Positions 29,670 to 38,742 of a stretch of DNA of 64,000 bases are shown here, one piece after another. Position numbers and translations under genes: made by a program. The notes under the pieces are model-generated. The model was given only the letters and a program-made list of their open reading frames with translations, was not told the DNA's origin and did not search any database. This stretch comes from Betaproteobacteria bacterium (GTDB taxonomy: Bacteria > Pseudomonadota > Gammaproteobacteria > Burkholderiales > SG8-39). The stretch lies in assembly GCA_004298385.1 (NCBI GenBank), contig SCTX01000030.1, forward strand, positions 12,069-76,068, given 5' to 3'. Position 1 is the first letter of the stretch. Every line of letters begins with the position of its first letter.

Positions 29670-30551
29670 ATGGAAAAACTGCTCCAGTATTCGTTCACCG
29701 GCCTCTCCGCAGGCGCCCTCTATGCCCTCGTCGCGCTTGGCATCGTCCTGATCTACCGCTCGACCCGGGTGCTCAATTTCGCTCACGGGGACGTGGCCAT
29801 GCTGTCCACGTTCGCCGCCTTCGCCTTGCTCTCGAACGGTTACGGCTTTCCGCTCGCGCTCGCAGGCAGCCTTGTGGTGGGGGCGGCGCTGGGAATTAGC
29901 TTCTACTTATCGGTGCTCGCGCGCGCACAGCGGGAAGGGGCGAACCTGCTCGGCATGGTCGCCCTGACGCTGGGACTGGCGCTGATCCTCCAGGGTGTGG
30001 CCGTCTATATCTGGGGCGCAGAGCCGGTGTCGCTGCCGTTCCCGATCTCCAGCACCAAGACCTACCGCGTGGGCGTCGTCGTCGTGAGCCAACTGGCGCT
30101 GGCAACCATGGCCGCCGGGATCGTCGGGAGCCTGCTGCTCTACCTGCTGGTGCAAAAGACCCGATTCGGTTTGGCGATGCGGGCGACGTCCGAGAATCTC
30201 ATGGCCGCGCAGACGCTCGGCATCCCGACCCGGCTGGTGCTCTCGGTGTCTTGGGGCGTGGCCTCGGCGCTGGGAGTCGTGGCCGGCATCTTCCTCGCGC
30301 CCGCGCTGCTCCTCGACCCCTTCTTCATGCTCGATCCGTTCCTCAAGGGGTTTGCCGCGGCGGTGCTGGGCGGGCTCAACAGCTTGCCCGGAGCGGTGGT
30401 GGGCGCCCTCATCCTGGGCGTGGCCGAGAGCCTCACCGGCGGATACCTCACCATCCAGTATAAGAATACGCTGGCGTTCATCATCATCATCGTGGTGCTG
30501 CTCGTCCGCCCCGAGGGTCTCCTGGGCAAGGAATTCAAGGAACGCGTGTAG
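29670..30551 (+). CDS. Branched-chain-type ABC transporter permease (LivH-like)
   Basis: 293 aa with GLSAGALYALVALGIVLIYRSTRVLNFAHGD. Confidence 0.85.
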   Translation: MEKLLQYSFTGLSAGALYALVALGIVLIYRSTRVLNFAHGDVAMLSTFAAFALLSNGYGFPLALAGSLVVGAALGISFYLSVLARAQREGANLLGMVALTLGLALILQGVAVYIWGAEPVSLPFPISSTKTYRVGVVVVSQLALATMAAGIVGSLLLYLLVQKTRFGLAMRATSENLMAAQTLGIPTRLVLSVSWGVASALGVVAGIFLAPALLLDPFFMLDPFLKGFAAAVLGGLNSLPGAVVGALILGVAESLTGGYLTIQYKNTLAFIIIIVVLLVRPEGLLGKEFKERV

Positions 30552-30757
30552 CCGTCGTCAGCTTGGATGGATGTGGTGAGCTGGATTAAAGCGCTCAAGA
30601 GCGTGCGGATTCGCTCACGCCGACGCCAAACATGTAGACCTACTATCCGGTACCCGACATCGTCTGACTAGCACCGCGATATGCCCCTGAGCCGCGGGGA
30701 CGAGGGCATGGCCGTTGCGAAGTTTCTGAGATCGTCGCAGATTGCATAGTAGTCAAT

Positions 30758-30815
30758 CAATAACCCCGTTCGAAATCCAGGCCGTTTGCTGTTAAGGAGG
30801 AGCGTGGCATAAACA
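30758..30815 (+). promoter_or_regulatory. Conserved 58-nt leader motif, copy A (upstream of the SDR-led operon)
   Basis: CAATAACCCCGTTCGAAATCCAGGCCGTTTGCTGTTAAGGAGGAGCGTGGCATAAACA matches 37667-37724 at 47 of 58 positions by hand alignment. Confidence 0.5.
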
Positions 30816-30857
30816 GGAGTACAATATGCACACTTTGGGAGCCAACACAAGTCCATT

Positions 30858-30887
30858 ACTCATACATCGGCGCGCCGATGTATGAGT
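30858..30887. promoter_or_regulatory. Perfect 30-bp palindrome ACTCATACATCGGCG|CGCCGATGTATGAGT
   Basis: Read directly. It lies 93 nt upstream of the 30980 start codon. It could be an operator or an RNA hairpin. Confidence 0.5.
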
Positions 30888-30979
30888 GCCCTGCGGATTG
30901 TTTTTCTCATCGCTATCGCTTGACAGTGCGCTCGCCCGATTTAACCGACCATCAATTTGAATAAGCAAAGGAGGCTTGT

Positions 30980-31738
30980 ATGTTTAACGGTAAGGTATTG
31001 GAAGGAAAAGTGGCCATCGTCACCGGATCCGGGCGCGGTATCGGCGAGGCAGTGGCGAGAGCCTACGCTGCCCAAGGCGCCAAGGTGGTGGTGGCGGACA
31101 TGAATCGGGAAAACGCCGAAATGGTGGCCGCGGATATCCGCAAGCAAGGCGGCCAGGCCATGGCTGTCGCGTGCAACGTGGCCGAGCGTGCTCAGGTGGA
31201 CCAGATGGCGGCGGAGGTCAAGGCCAAATTCGGCCCGGTGGACGTTTTGGTGAACAATGCGGGCATCACCCGCACCGCCATGCTCCATAAGATGACCCCG
31301 CAACAATGGAACGAGGTTATCGGAGTGCACCTGACCGGAAGCTTCAACATGCTGCAAGCCGTGGTGCAGGACATGATCAACCGCCGCCAAGGCTGGATCA
31401 TCAACGTGGTTTCCACCGCCGGTATCGTAGGCACCATCGGCCAGATCAACTACGGCGCCGCCAAAGGCGGCCTGTTGGGTTTCACTAAATCCGCTGCCAA
31501 GGAATTGGCCCGCTACAACATTGTGGTGAATGCCATTGCTCCCGGCGCCGCCACCCCCATGACCGAAACCATTCGCACCGATCCCCGCTTCAAGGACACC
31601 TACCTGGCGCGGGTGCCACTGGGCCGCTGGGCGGAGCCCGCCGAGCTGGCGCCGGTATTCGTGTTCCTGGCCTCACCGGGCGCGAGCTACGTCACCGGAC
31701 AAATCCTGGGCGCCGACGGCGGCCTGTCCATCCACTAA
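30980..31738 (+). CDS. Short-chain dehydrogenase/reductase (3-oxoacyl/3-hydroxyacyl reductase type)
   Basis: 252 aa with VTGSGRGIGEA, NNAG and YGAAKGG. RBS AAAGGAGG. Confidence 0.9.
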   Translation: MFNGKVLEGKVAIVTGSGRGIGEAVARAYAAQGAKVVVADMNRENAEMVAADIRKQGGQAMAVACNVAERAQVDQMAAEVKAKFGPVDVLVNNAGITRTAMLHKMTPQQWNEVIGVHLTGSFNMLQAVVQDMINRRQGWIINVVSTAGIVGTIGQINYGAAKGGLLGFTKSAAKELARYNIVVNAIAPGAATPMTETIRTDPRFKDTYLARVPLGRWAEPAELAPVFVFLASPGASYVTGQILGADGGLSIH

Positions 31739-31825
31739 GAGGCCGTTTCAGAATTACCGAAACGGCTCTTGACTTACTTGACTTAGTGGAGCATGAGGGG
31801 AGGTACCCCCTCATTTTGTAATGAG
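31739..31825 (+). repeat. Double-hairpin intergenic element, copy 2 (right after the SDR gene stop)
   Basis: Contains GGCCGTTTCAGAATTACCGAAACGGC...GCATGAGGGGAGGTACCCCCTCATTTTGTAATGAG. Same two hairpins and same orientation as copy 1. Confidence 0.8.
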
Positions 31826-31944
31826 TTCAAACAGAAGCAGCTTTGCCGCCCACGCCGGACATCCGCAGGCTCGCGCCCCAAGATGTCCGTTGCGCCTCGA
31901 CGGCCGGCGCTTGAAATTGACCCATCCACCAAAGAGAGAAAATC

Positions 31945-32805
31945 ATGGCGATTAACTACGAAAAACTGATGGCGTGGAAATTCCCGGAGGTCGAGCAAAC
32001 CTACAGCAAGCGAGACACCATGCTTTACGCCTTGGGGCTGGGCTTCGGCGCCGACCCGATGGACGAGAGCCAGCTCCAATATGTCTATGAGGAAAACCTC
32101 AAAGCCTTACCGACCATGGCGGTGGTGCTGGGTTCCCCAGGCTCCTGGATGCGCAATCCGGAATCCGGCATCAATTATCTGAAAGTGGTCCATGGCGAGC
32201 AGTGGCTCACCGCCCATAAGCCGCTGCCCCAGGAAGCCGCCGTGGTGGGCCATACCCGCATCACCAGCGTCATCGACAAGGGCGAAGGCAAGGGCGCGGT
32301 GGTGTATACCGAGCGCAAGCTCTATAACAAAGCCAACGGTGACCATCTTTCCACTATCGTGTCATCTACCTTTGCCCGGGGCGACGGCGGCTACGGCGGT
32401 CCTTCCGGCCTCGCCCCGCCGCTGCACACCCTGCCCGAGGGCTCCCCGGAAAAAACCTGCGACCTCGCCACCCTGCCCCGGCAGGCCCTCATCTACAGGC
32501 TGAGCGGCGACTATAATCCGCTCCACGGCGATCCCAAGGTGGCCAAGGCCGCCGGTTTCCCCATGCCGATCCTGCATGGCTTGTGCACTTACGGCACCGC
32601 CGCCCACGCGATCATCAAGACCTGCTGCGGCTATGACGCCAGCCGGCTAAGCGGCTTGCAAGTCCGCTTTTCCTCCCCGGTCTACCCGGGGGAGACAATC
32701 CGCACCGAAATGTGGCAGAAAGGCGGAGTCGTCTCGTTCCGATCCAAGGTGGTGGAAAGGAATGTGGTGGTGCTCAGCAACGGGCGGGCGGACATCCGGG
32801 AATAG
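31945..32805 (+). CDS. MaoC-like double hot-dog (R)-hydratase/dehydratase
   Basis: 286 aa with the hydratase-2 motif YRLSGDYNPLHGDPKVAKAAGFPMPILHGL. Confidence 0.8.
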   Translation: MAINYEKLMAWKFPEVEQTYSKRDTMLYALGLGFGADPMDESQLQYVYEENLKALPTMAVVLGSPGSWMRNPESGINYLKVVHGEQWLTAHKPLPQEAAVVGHTRITSVIDKGEGKGAVVYTERKLYNKANGDHLSTIVSSTFARGDGGYGGPSGLAPPLHTLPEGSPEKTCDLATLPRQALIYRLSGDYNPLHGDPKVAKAAGFPMPILHGLCTYGTAAHAIIKTCCGYDASRLSGLQVRFSSPVYPGETIRTEMWQKGGVVSFRSKVVERNVVVLSNGRADIRE

Positions 32806-32848
32806 AACCGCTGCCGGCCGAATCATTTATTACTTCGAGAGGTAGACC

Positions 32849-33961
32849 ATGAGTCAGCAAGAAGACCCGAACCGGATGCTGCGGGATGCAGTGACCGCAT
32901 TCGCCGCCCGCGACACCAGCATCACCCGGGTACGCCAGTTACGGGACACCGCGCCCGGCTTCGACAAGGCCGTGTGGAAAACCATCGCCGAATTGGGCTG
33001 GACCGGCATCATGATCCCCGAAGAATACGGCGGCATGGGGCTGGGTCTGGGCGAAATGGCGGCAGTGTTGGAGGAATTCGCCAAGACGCTTTCGCCTGAG
33101 CCTTTGAATCCGTCCTCGGTACTGGCCGCAGGGGCCCTGCTCCACGGCAATAACGAGGCCCTCAAGAAAAAACTACTGCCCGGCATCGCCTCCGGGGAAA
33201 TTCTCCCCGCCTTGGCGTGGCAGGAAACGGAAGGGGGCATCGATCCGCTGGCCATCGCCACTCGCGCCGAGGGCGGTGCCTTGAACGGCGGCAAGCGATT
33301 CGTCTTCCCGGCCGATGCCGACGGCTATCTGGTCTCGGCCCGAAGCGGCAACGGCCCCGCGGTGTACTGGGTGGACAAGGGAAGCGCCGGCCTCACGGTG
33401 GAATACGAACCGCGCGCCGACGGCACCCGCTGCGGCCGCATCAGCCTGAAGAACGTCAAGGTTATCGATGCGCAATTGGCCGCCTCCGGAAAAACCGCCG
33501 GCGCTGCTTTGCAGCGGGCGGTGGACGAAGCCACCATCATGGCCGGGGCCGAACTGCTGGGGGTGATGAGCCGCGCCCTGGAGATCACCCTGGAGTACAT
33601 GCGCATCCGGGTGCAGTTCGGCAAGCCAATCGGCAGCTTCCAGGCCCTGCAGCACCGGGCGGTGGATTTGTTCATCCAGAAGGAGCTGTCCTTCTCGGTG
33701 CTGCGGGATGCCTTGCTGCAAACGGCCGCCGATGCCTCCGGCCTCGGCCTTTGGGCGAGCCGGGTTAAATCCCGCTGCTCGGAAGCCGGCATGCGCATCG
33801 GCCGCGAATCGATCCAGATTCATGGCGGCATCGGCTTTGCCGACGAATGCGATATCGGTCTGTATCTGAAGCGCGCCATGGTGCTGTCGGCTTGGCTCGG
33901 CAACGGCGCGGTGCATCGCCGCCGTTACGCCGCCCTGGCGCCGGCGGAAGCCGCCGCATAG
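32849..33961 (+). CDS. Acyl-CoA dehydrogenase family protein
   Basis: 370 aa with GWTGIMIPEEYGGMGLG and a C-terminal QIHGGIGFADECDIGLYLKRA. Confidence 0.85.
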   Translation: MSQQEDPNRMLRDAVTAFAARDTSITRVRQLRDTAPGFDKAVWKTIAELGWTGIMIPEEYGGMGLGLGEMAAVLEEFAKTLSPEPLNPSSVLAAGALLHGNNEALKKKLLPGIASGEILPALAWQETEGGIDPLAIATRAEGGALNGGKRFVFPADADGYLVSARSGNGPAVYWVDKGSAGLTVEYEPRADGTRCGRISLKNVKVIDAQLAASGKTAGAALQRAVDEATIMAGAELLGVMSRALEITLEYMRIRVQFGKPIGSFQALQHRAVDLFIQKELSFSVLRDALLQTAADASGLGLWASRVKSRCSEAGMRIGRESIQIHGGIGFADECDIGLYLKRAMVLSAWLGNGAVHRRRYAALAPAEAAA

Positions 33962-33987
33962 TTCACGTCCTTTTTTCAGGAGTCATC

Positions 33988-35142
33988 ATGCAAGCTCAAG
34001 ATTGGGACAAAATGGACGACGAGGCCTTCCGCCTCGAGGTCCGCGGCTTTTTTCGCAAGGAATACCCGGAGCACTTGCGCTTTCCGGCCTACCACTTGCG
34101 CTGGGCCGACACCAAGGATTGGTACAAGAAGCTTGTCGACAAGGGCTGGGCCGCGCCGGGCTGGCCCAAGGAATGGGGCGGCATGGGCCTGTCTCCAGGC
34201 AAGTTGCTCATTTTCATCGAAGAGCAGGAACGCCATGGGGTGGCGCGCACGCCAGACATGGGCATTATTTTATTGGGTCCGCTGCTCATCAAGTTCGCCA
34301 CCGAGGAGCAGAAAAAGCAATTCCTTCCCCCCAGCCTGCGGGGCGAGTACATCTGGTGCCAAGGCTATTCCGAGCCTAACGCCGGCTCCGACTTGGCCAG
34401 CCTCAAGGTCGAGGCGGTGCTGGACCGCGACGAATACGTGATCAACGGCTCCAAGACCTGGACCAGCTACGCCATGGATGCCACCCACATGTTTATCCTG
34501 GCGCGCACCGACAAAAAGGCCAAGAAGCAGGAAGGCATCAGTTTTCTGCTGGTGGACATGAAAACCCCCGGTATCACTGTACGGCCCATCCGCAACTTGC
34601 TGGGGGTCGAGGTATTCGCCGAGGTGTTTCTGGATAACGTCCGCACCCCGGCCAAATGGCTGGTGGGCAAGCCCAACCAGGGTTGGACCATGGCCAAGGC
34701 GCTGCTGGGCTTCGAGCGCATTTCCATCGGCAGTCCCAAGCTGGCCCAAACCGGGCTCAAGCGGCTGGACGCCATCGTGCGAAGCCAGGGTCTCACCCAG
34801 GATCCCGCCTTCATGGATCGCTACACGCAACTGCGCCTGGACGTGGCCGACCTGGCTTCCACCTACAGCCGGTTCGCCGACCTGCTGAAACGGGGCGAGA
34901 CCTTGGGACCCGATGTGTCCATTCTGAAAATCGTCGCCACTGAAACCTTCCAGCGACTCACCGAGCTCACCCTGGAAGCTGCCGGCGATGCCGGAGCCAT
35001 CGGCGGCAAGGCGGCGTTCCGCAAGGACTCCGTGGATATCCTGTCCCCATTTTACAACGCCCGGCCAGCCACCATTTACGGCGGCAGCAACGAGATACAG
35101 CGTAACATCCTCGCTAAAAACGTGCTGGATTTGCCGAGTTGA
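33988..35142 (+). CDS. Acyl-CoA dehydrogenase family protein
   Basis: ATG at 33988 follows AGGAG. Contains GWAAPGWPKEWGG, CQGYSEPNAGSDLASL and IYGGSNEIQRNILA. Confidence 0.85.
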   Translation: MQAQDWDKMDDEAFRLEVRGFFRKEYPEHLRFPAYHLRWADTKDWYKKLVDKGWAAPGWPKEWGGMGLSPGKLLIFIEEQERHGVARTPDMGIILLGPLLIKFATEEQKKQFLPPSLRGEYIWCQGYSEPNAGSDLASLKVEAVLDRDEYVINGSKTWTSYAMDATHMFILARTDKKAKKQEGISFLLVDMKTPGITVRPIRNLLGVEVFAEVFLDNVRTPAKWLVGKPNQGWTMAKALLGFERISIGSPKLAQTGLKRLDAIVRSQGLTQDPAFMDRYTQLRLDVADLASTYSRFADLLKRGETLGPDVSILKIVATETFQRLTELTLEAAGDAGAIGGKAAFRKDSVDILSPFYNARPATIYGGSNEIQRNILAKNVLDLPS

Positions 35143-35378
35143 CTGGAATGCCTGGACGCCCCCGTAACCCAGGCGGTTCGTATCGGGATAGGGGGCAGTC
35201 AGTTTACCTGACCGCGCCCCTCCCGCACCACCGGGCATGCGAGTTCGCACTTGGCGGTTGCAGAAGTTGAAGTCGCCCGAAGTCGTCAGGTTCGGGTCGC
35301 GTAGACCATGCTTCATTGCGCCTCGTTTCAAACTCGGCAAAGTGCCCGATTTGCTTAGATCCTGCTGAGGTAATGCCG

Positions 35379-36545
35379 ATGAACTTTGAGTTTTCTCCGG
35401 AGCAACAGGCTATCCGGGAGGCCATTCTGAAAATCTGTGCCCAATTCGATGACGATTATTGGTTGAAGAGGGATCGAGAAGGCGGCTTTCCGGTGGAATT
35501 GCACCAGGCGCTGGCCAAGGACGGCTGGCTGGGCATCGCCATGCCCCAGGAATACGGCGGTTCAGGATTGGGGATCACCGAAGGAGCGATTCTTGCCCAA
35601 GCCGTGACCGAAAGCGGCGCCGGCCTGAGCGGGGGTTCGGCTATTTCTATCAATGTTTTCACTCCGAACGTGGTGGTCAAGTTCGGCACCGAGGAGCAAA
35701 GACGCCGATTTCTGCCGCCGCTCATCGAGGGGAAAGTCAAAGCCGCGTTCGCCGTGACCGAGCCCAACACCGGCCTTGATACCCTGAAGCTCAAGACCCG
35801 CGCCGTGCGGGAAGGGGATCGATACATTCTGAACGGCCGTAAAGTCTGGATCACCACCGCCCAGGTGTCGGAAAAGATGCTGATCCTGGCTCGCACTACT
35901 CCCCTGGACCAGGTAAAGCATCCCACCGACGGGCTGTCGCTGTTTTATACCGACATCGACCGGCGCCATATCACGGTGCGGGAGATCGAAAAGATGGGCC
36001 GCAAGGCGGTGGATTCCAACGAGTTATTCATCGACGACCTGCCGGTTCCGATCGAAGATCGCATCGGCGAGGAAGGCAAGGGCTTCCATTGCATCCTCCA
36101 CGGCATGAATCCGGAGCGCATCCTAATTGCGGCCGGATTGGTGGGGATCGGCCGGGTGGCGCTTAAGCGCGCCGTCCAATATGCCAAGGAGCGGGTGGTC
36201 TTCGATCGCCCCATCGGCATGAATCAGGGGGTGCAGCATCCGCTGGCCGAGAATTGGATGGAACTGGAGGCCGCCAATTTGATGGCCTTCAAGGCTGCCA
36301 GCCTGTACGACCGGGGAGAACCTTGCGGGGCCGAGGCCAACGCCGCCAAATACCTGGCCTCCATGGCCGCGATGAAGGCTTGCGAAACCGCGGTGCTGAC
36401 TCACGGCGGCTTCGGCTACGCCAAGGAATATCATGTGGAACGCTATCTGCGGGAAGTTCTGATCCACTGGATCGCGCCCATCAGCCCGCAACTGATCAAG
36501 TGTTTTATCGCCGAGAAGGTGCTGGGACTGCCAAAATCTTATTGA
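35379..36545 (+). CDS. Acyl-CoA dehydrogenase family protein
   Basis: Starts MNFEFSPEQQAIRE. Contains GWLGIAMPQEYGGSGLG, FAVTEPNTGLD and HGGFGYAKEYHVERYLRE. Confidence 0.85.
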   Translation: MNFEFSPEQQAIREAILKICAQFDDDYWLKRDREGGFPVELHQALAKDGWLGIAMPQEYGGSGLGITEGAILAQAVTESGAGLSGGSAISINVFTPNVVVKFGTEEQRRRFLPPLIEGKVKAAFAVTEPNTGLDTLKLKTRAVREGDRYILNGRKVWITTAQVSEKMLILARTTPLDQVKHPTDGLSLFYTDIDRRHITVREIEKMGRKAVDSNELFIDDLPVPIEDRIGEEGKGFHCILHGMNPERILIAAGLVGIGRVALKRAVQYAKERVVFDRPIGMNQGVQHPLAENWMELEAANLMAFKAASLYDRGEPCGAEANAAKYLASMAAMKACETAVLTHGGFGYAKEYHVERYLREVLIHWIAPISPQLIKCFIAEKVLGLPKSY

Positions 36546-36712
36546 AGTGAACATTTGCTGTAAAGCCGGAGCCTGAATGAATGTAAGTAGCGGATTCGCG
36601 CGTTGGGAGCCAAATCAGTTTCATCGCGCGCGCATCGGCTTGTCAATGTCGGGGCGCTTGGCGCATTGATCTTCGTATCGTTTCGTTTTCACCACCCCAA
36701 CAGGAGGACTTC

Positions 36713-37507
36713 TTGAACTACAAGACCATCAAGCTGAAGGTGGACGGCGACGGCGTCGCTTATCTTACCCTGGCCCGCCCCCAGGTTCATAACGCCATGA
36801 GCATCGAGCTGGTGCGGGAGCTGCGCGCCGCGCTGCGGGCCATTGCCGACAACGCCCGGGCGCGGGCGGTGGTGGTGACGGGAGAAGGTCAGAGTTTCTG
36901 TGCCGGCGGAGACTTGAATTGGATGAAAAGCATCATGAGCCAAAGCCGTGCCCAGCGCACGGCGGAATCCAGCGAATTGGCCGACTTCCTCTATGAATTC
37001 GACCATTTGCCCAAGGCGGTAATCGGCCGCATCAACGGCCCGGCAACCGGGGGCGGCTTCGGTCTGACCTGCGCCTGCGATATCGCCATCGGCTCCACGA
37101 CGGCCCGTTTCGCCCTGACCGAAGCCAAGCTGGGGCTGCTGCCCGCCAACATCGCGCCCTACGTGGTGCGGCGCCTGGGGCTGGCCCGTTCCCGGCGGCT
37201 GGGACTGGGAGCCAAATTCGTCGATGCCGTGGAAGCGGAACGCCTCGGCCTGCTGGACCGGGTGGAGGCCCCCGAAAACCTGGACCGGGCGGTGGAGGAA
37301 GAGCTGGGCTGGATTCTCGGCTGTCCGCCGAGTTCGGTGGCCGCTACCAAGCGGCTGTTCCACTACGTGGCGAGCCGGGAACCGCGGGATTGCATGATCT
37401 ATACCGCCGACCGGCTGGCCGACGCCTGGGAAACCGACGAAGCCAAGGAGGGCATCGCCGCATTTCTGGAAAAACGCGCCCCGGCGTGGAAAGTAAAGCG
37501 AGGCTAA
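36713..37507 (+). CDS. Enoyl-CoA hydratase/isomerase (crotonase) family protein
   Basis: TTG start follows AGGAGG. Contains RPQVHNAMS, VVVTGEGQSFCAGGDL and GPATGGGFGLTCACD. Confidence 0.85.
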   Translation: MNYKTIKLKVDGDGVAYLTLARPQVHNAMSIELVRELRAALRAIADNARARAVVVTGEGQSFCAGGDLNWMKSIMSQSRAQRTAESSELADFLYEFDHLPKAVIGRINGPATGGGFGLTCACDIAIGSTTARFALTEAKLGLLPANIAPYVVRRLGLARSRRLGLGAKFVDAVEAERLGLLDRVEAPENLDRAVEEELGWILGCPPSSVAATKRLFHYVASREPRDCMIYTADRLADAWETDEAKEGIAAFLEKRAPAWKVKRG

Positions 37508-37562
37508 ACTAATTCGCTGCCCCAGATTTTTTTGCGGAGAACCGCCCTTGCATTTTGCCGAT

Positions 37563-37658
37563 ATGACCGAAGCCTACAAATTATTCCGCGCCCGGAACCG
37601 CCGTTTTGTCGAGGAGGAAATCGCCCTCCCACGACAAAGCCCGGGAAGAAAGCGGTAA
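37563..37658 (+). pseudogene. Truncated N-terminal remnant of an acyl-CoA dehydrogenase paralogue
   Basis: 31 codons, MTEAYKLFRARNRRFVEEEIALPRQSPGRKR*. This resembles ACAD N-termini (..FR..vRrFveeEIaP..). It then drifts out of frame and stops. Confidence 0.4.
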
Positions 37659-37666
37659 GGTTTAGC

Positions 37667-37724
37667 CAATAATCCCGTTCGAATTCCCGGCTAATTGCTG
37701 TAATGGAGGAGCTTGGAATAAACT
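37667..37724 (+). promoter_or_regulatory. Conserved 58-nt leader motif, copy B (upstream of the HMGL-like gene)
   Basis: CAATAATCCCGTTCGAATTCCCGGCTAATTGCTGTAATGGAGGAGCTTGGAATAAACT. It ends 18 nt before ATG 37742. Confidence 0.5.
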
Positions 37725-37741
37725 ATTTAAGGAGGATTGCC

Positions 37742-38698
37742 ATGAGCTCACTACCCAAATTCGTCGAATTCCACGAGGAAGGTCCCCGCGAAGGCTTTCA
37801 GATCGAAAAGCAGATTTATCCCTTGGAACAACGGGTCAAGCTCATCGAGATGCTGGCGGAGAGCGGTCTTAAGCAAGTCCAGGTGGGATCCTTCGTGAAT
37901 CCCCGGGCCGTGCCCCAGATGGCCGATACCGAGCAACTGTTCGCCGCGATCAAGAAACGCCCCGGCGTGCGCTACACCGCACTGTGGCTCAACCAGAAAG
38001 GTTTCGAAAAAGCGCTCGCCACCCCCGGCGTGGATTTGGACGGCAAAATCATGTTCTACACCACCGATGTCTTCAGCATCCGCAACAACAATTGTAGTGT
38101 CGCCGAGAACCAACAGCGGCAAGCCGAATGGATGAAGCTCTACGCCCAGCATAATATCCCGGTCGAGACGGTCTACGTCATGACGGCTTTCGGCTGCAAT
38201 TACCAGGGAGTAGTCCCCTTATCGGCGGTGCTGGATCAATTCAAGTTCGCCCTGGATCTGTGCCGCGGCGGCAAGCTGCCCCAACTCTATCTGGCGGACA
38301 CCATGGGCTGGGCCAATCCCGAGTCCATCAAGGAACGCATTGCGGCGGTCCGGGAATTAGCTCCCGCCGCCCGGATCGGCCTGCACTTGCATGATACCCG
38401 CGGCCTGGGGCCGGCCAACTTCTACGCCGCGCTGGAAGCGGGAGTGGATTTGTTCGACAGCTCGGTTGCCGGGTTGGGCGGTTGTCCCTTCGCCAGCCAC
38501 GCCGCCCACACCGCCGCGGGCAATATCTGCACCGAGGACATGGTGCTGATGTGCCAGGAAATGGGCGTGGCAACGGGCATCGATCTGGACAAGTTGATCT
38601 CCGCCTCGCAATTTGCGGAGCAGCTTATCGGCCGGACCCTTAACGGCAAGGTCATGCACGGCGGCAACCTGGAAAAATACCGCAAGAAGGCTGCGTGA
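37742..38698 (+). CDS. HMG-CoA lyase-like (DRE-TIM aldolase) protein
   Basis: 318 aa with EEGPREGFQ, a metal-site-like segment LHLHDTRGLGPANFYAALEAG, and GLGGCPFA. Confidence 0.85.
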   Translation: MSSLPKFVEFHEEGPREGFQIEKQIYPLEQRVKLIEMLAESGLKQVQVGSFVNPRAVPQMADTEQLFAAIKKRPGVRYTALWLNQKGFEKALATPGVDLDGKIMFYTTDVFSIRNNNCSVAENQQRQAEWMKLYAQHNIPVETVYVMTAFGCNYQGVVPLSAVLDQFKFALDLCRGGKLPQLYLADTMGWANPESIKERIAAVRELAPAARIGLHLHDTRGLGPANFYAALEAGVDLFDSSVAGLGGCPFASHAAHTAAGNICTEDMVLMCQEMGVATGIDLDKLISASQFAEQLIGRTLNGKVMHGGNLEKYRKKAA

Positions 38699-38742
38699 TC
38701 CTCCCCGCCCCTTTGCATCACGGATGCAGGGGGGCGCCGCCG

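Noticed and set aside
30765-30785. GTTCGAAATCC / GTTCGAATTCC inside the 58-nt motif, considered as a tRNA T-arm (tRNA gene or att-site remnant).
   Set aside because: The flanking bases do not form a T-stem or an acceptor stem, and no cloverleaf can be drawn. The two copies are only about 81% identical, unlike integration-generated att repeats. I kept it only as a descriptive note.
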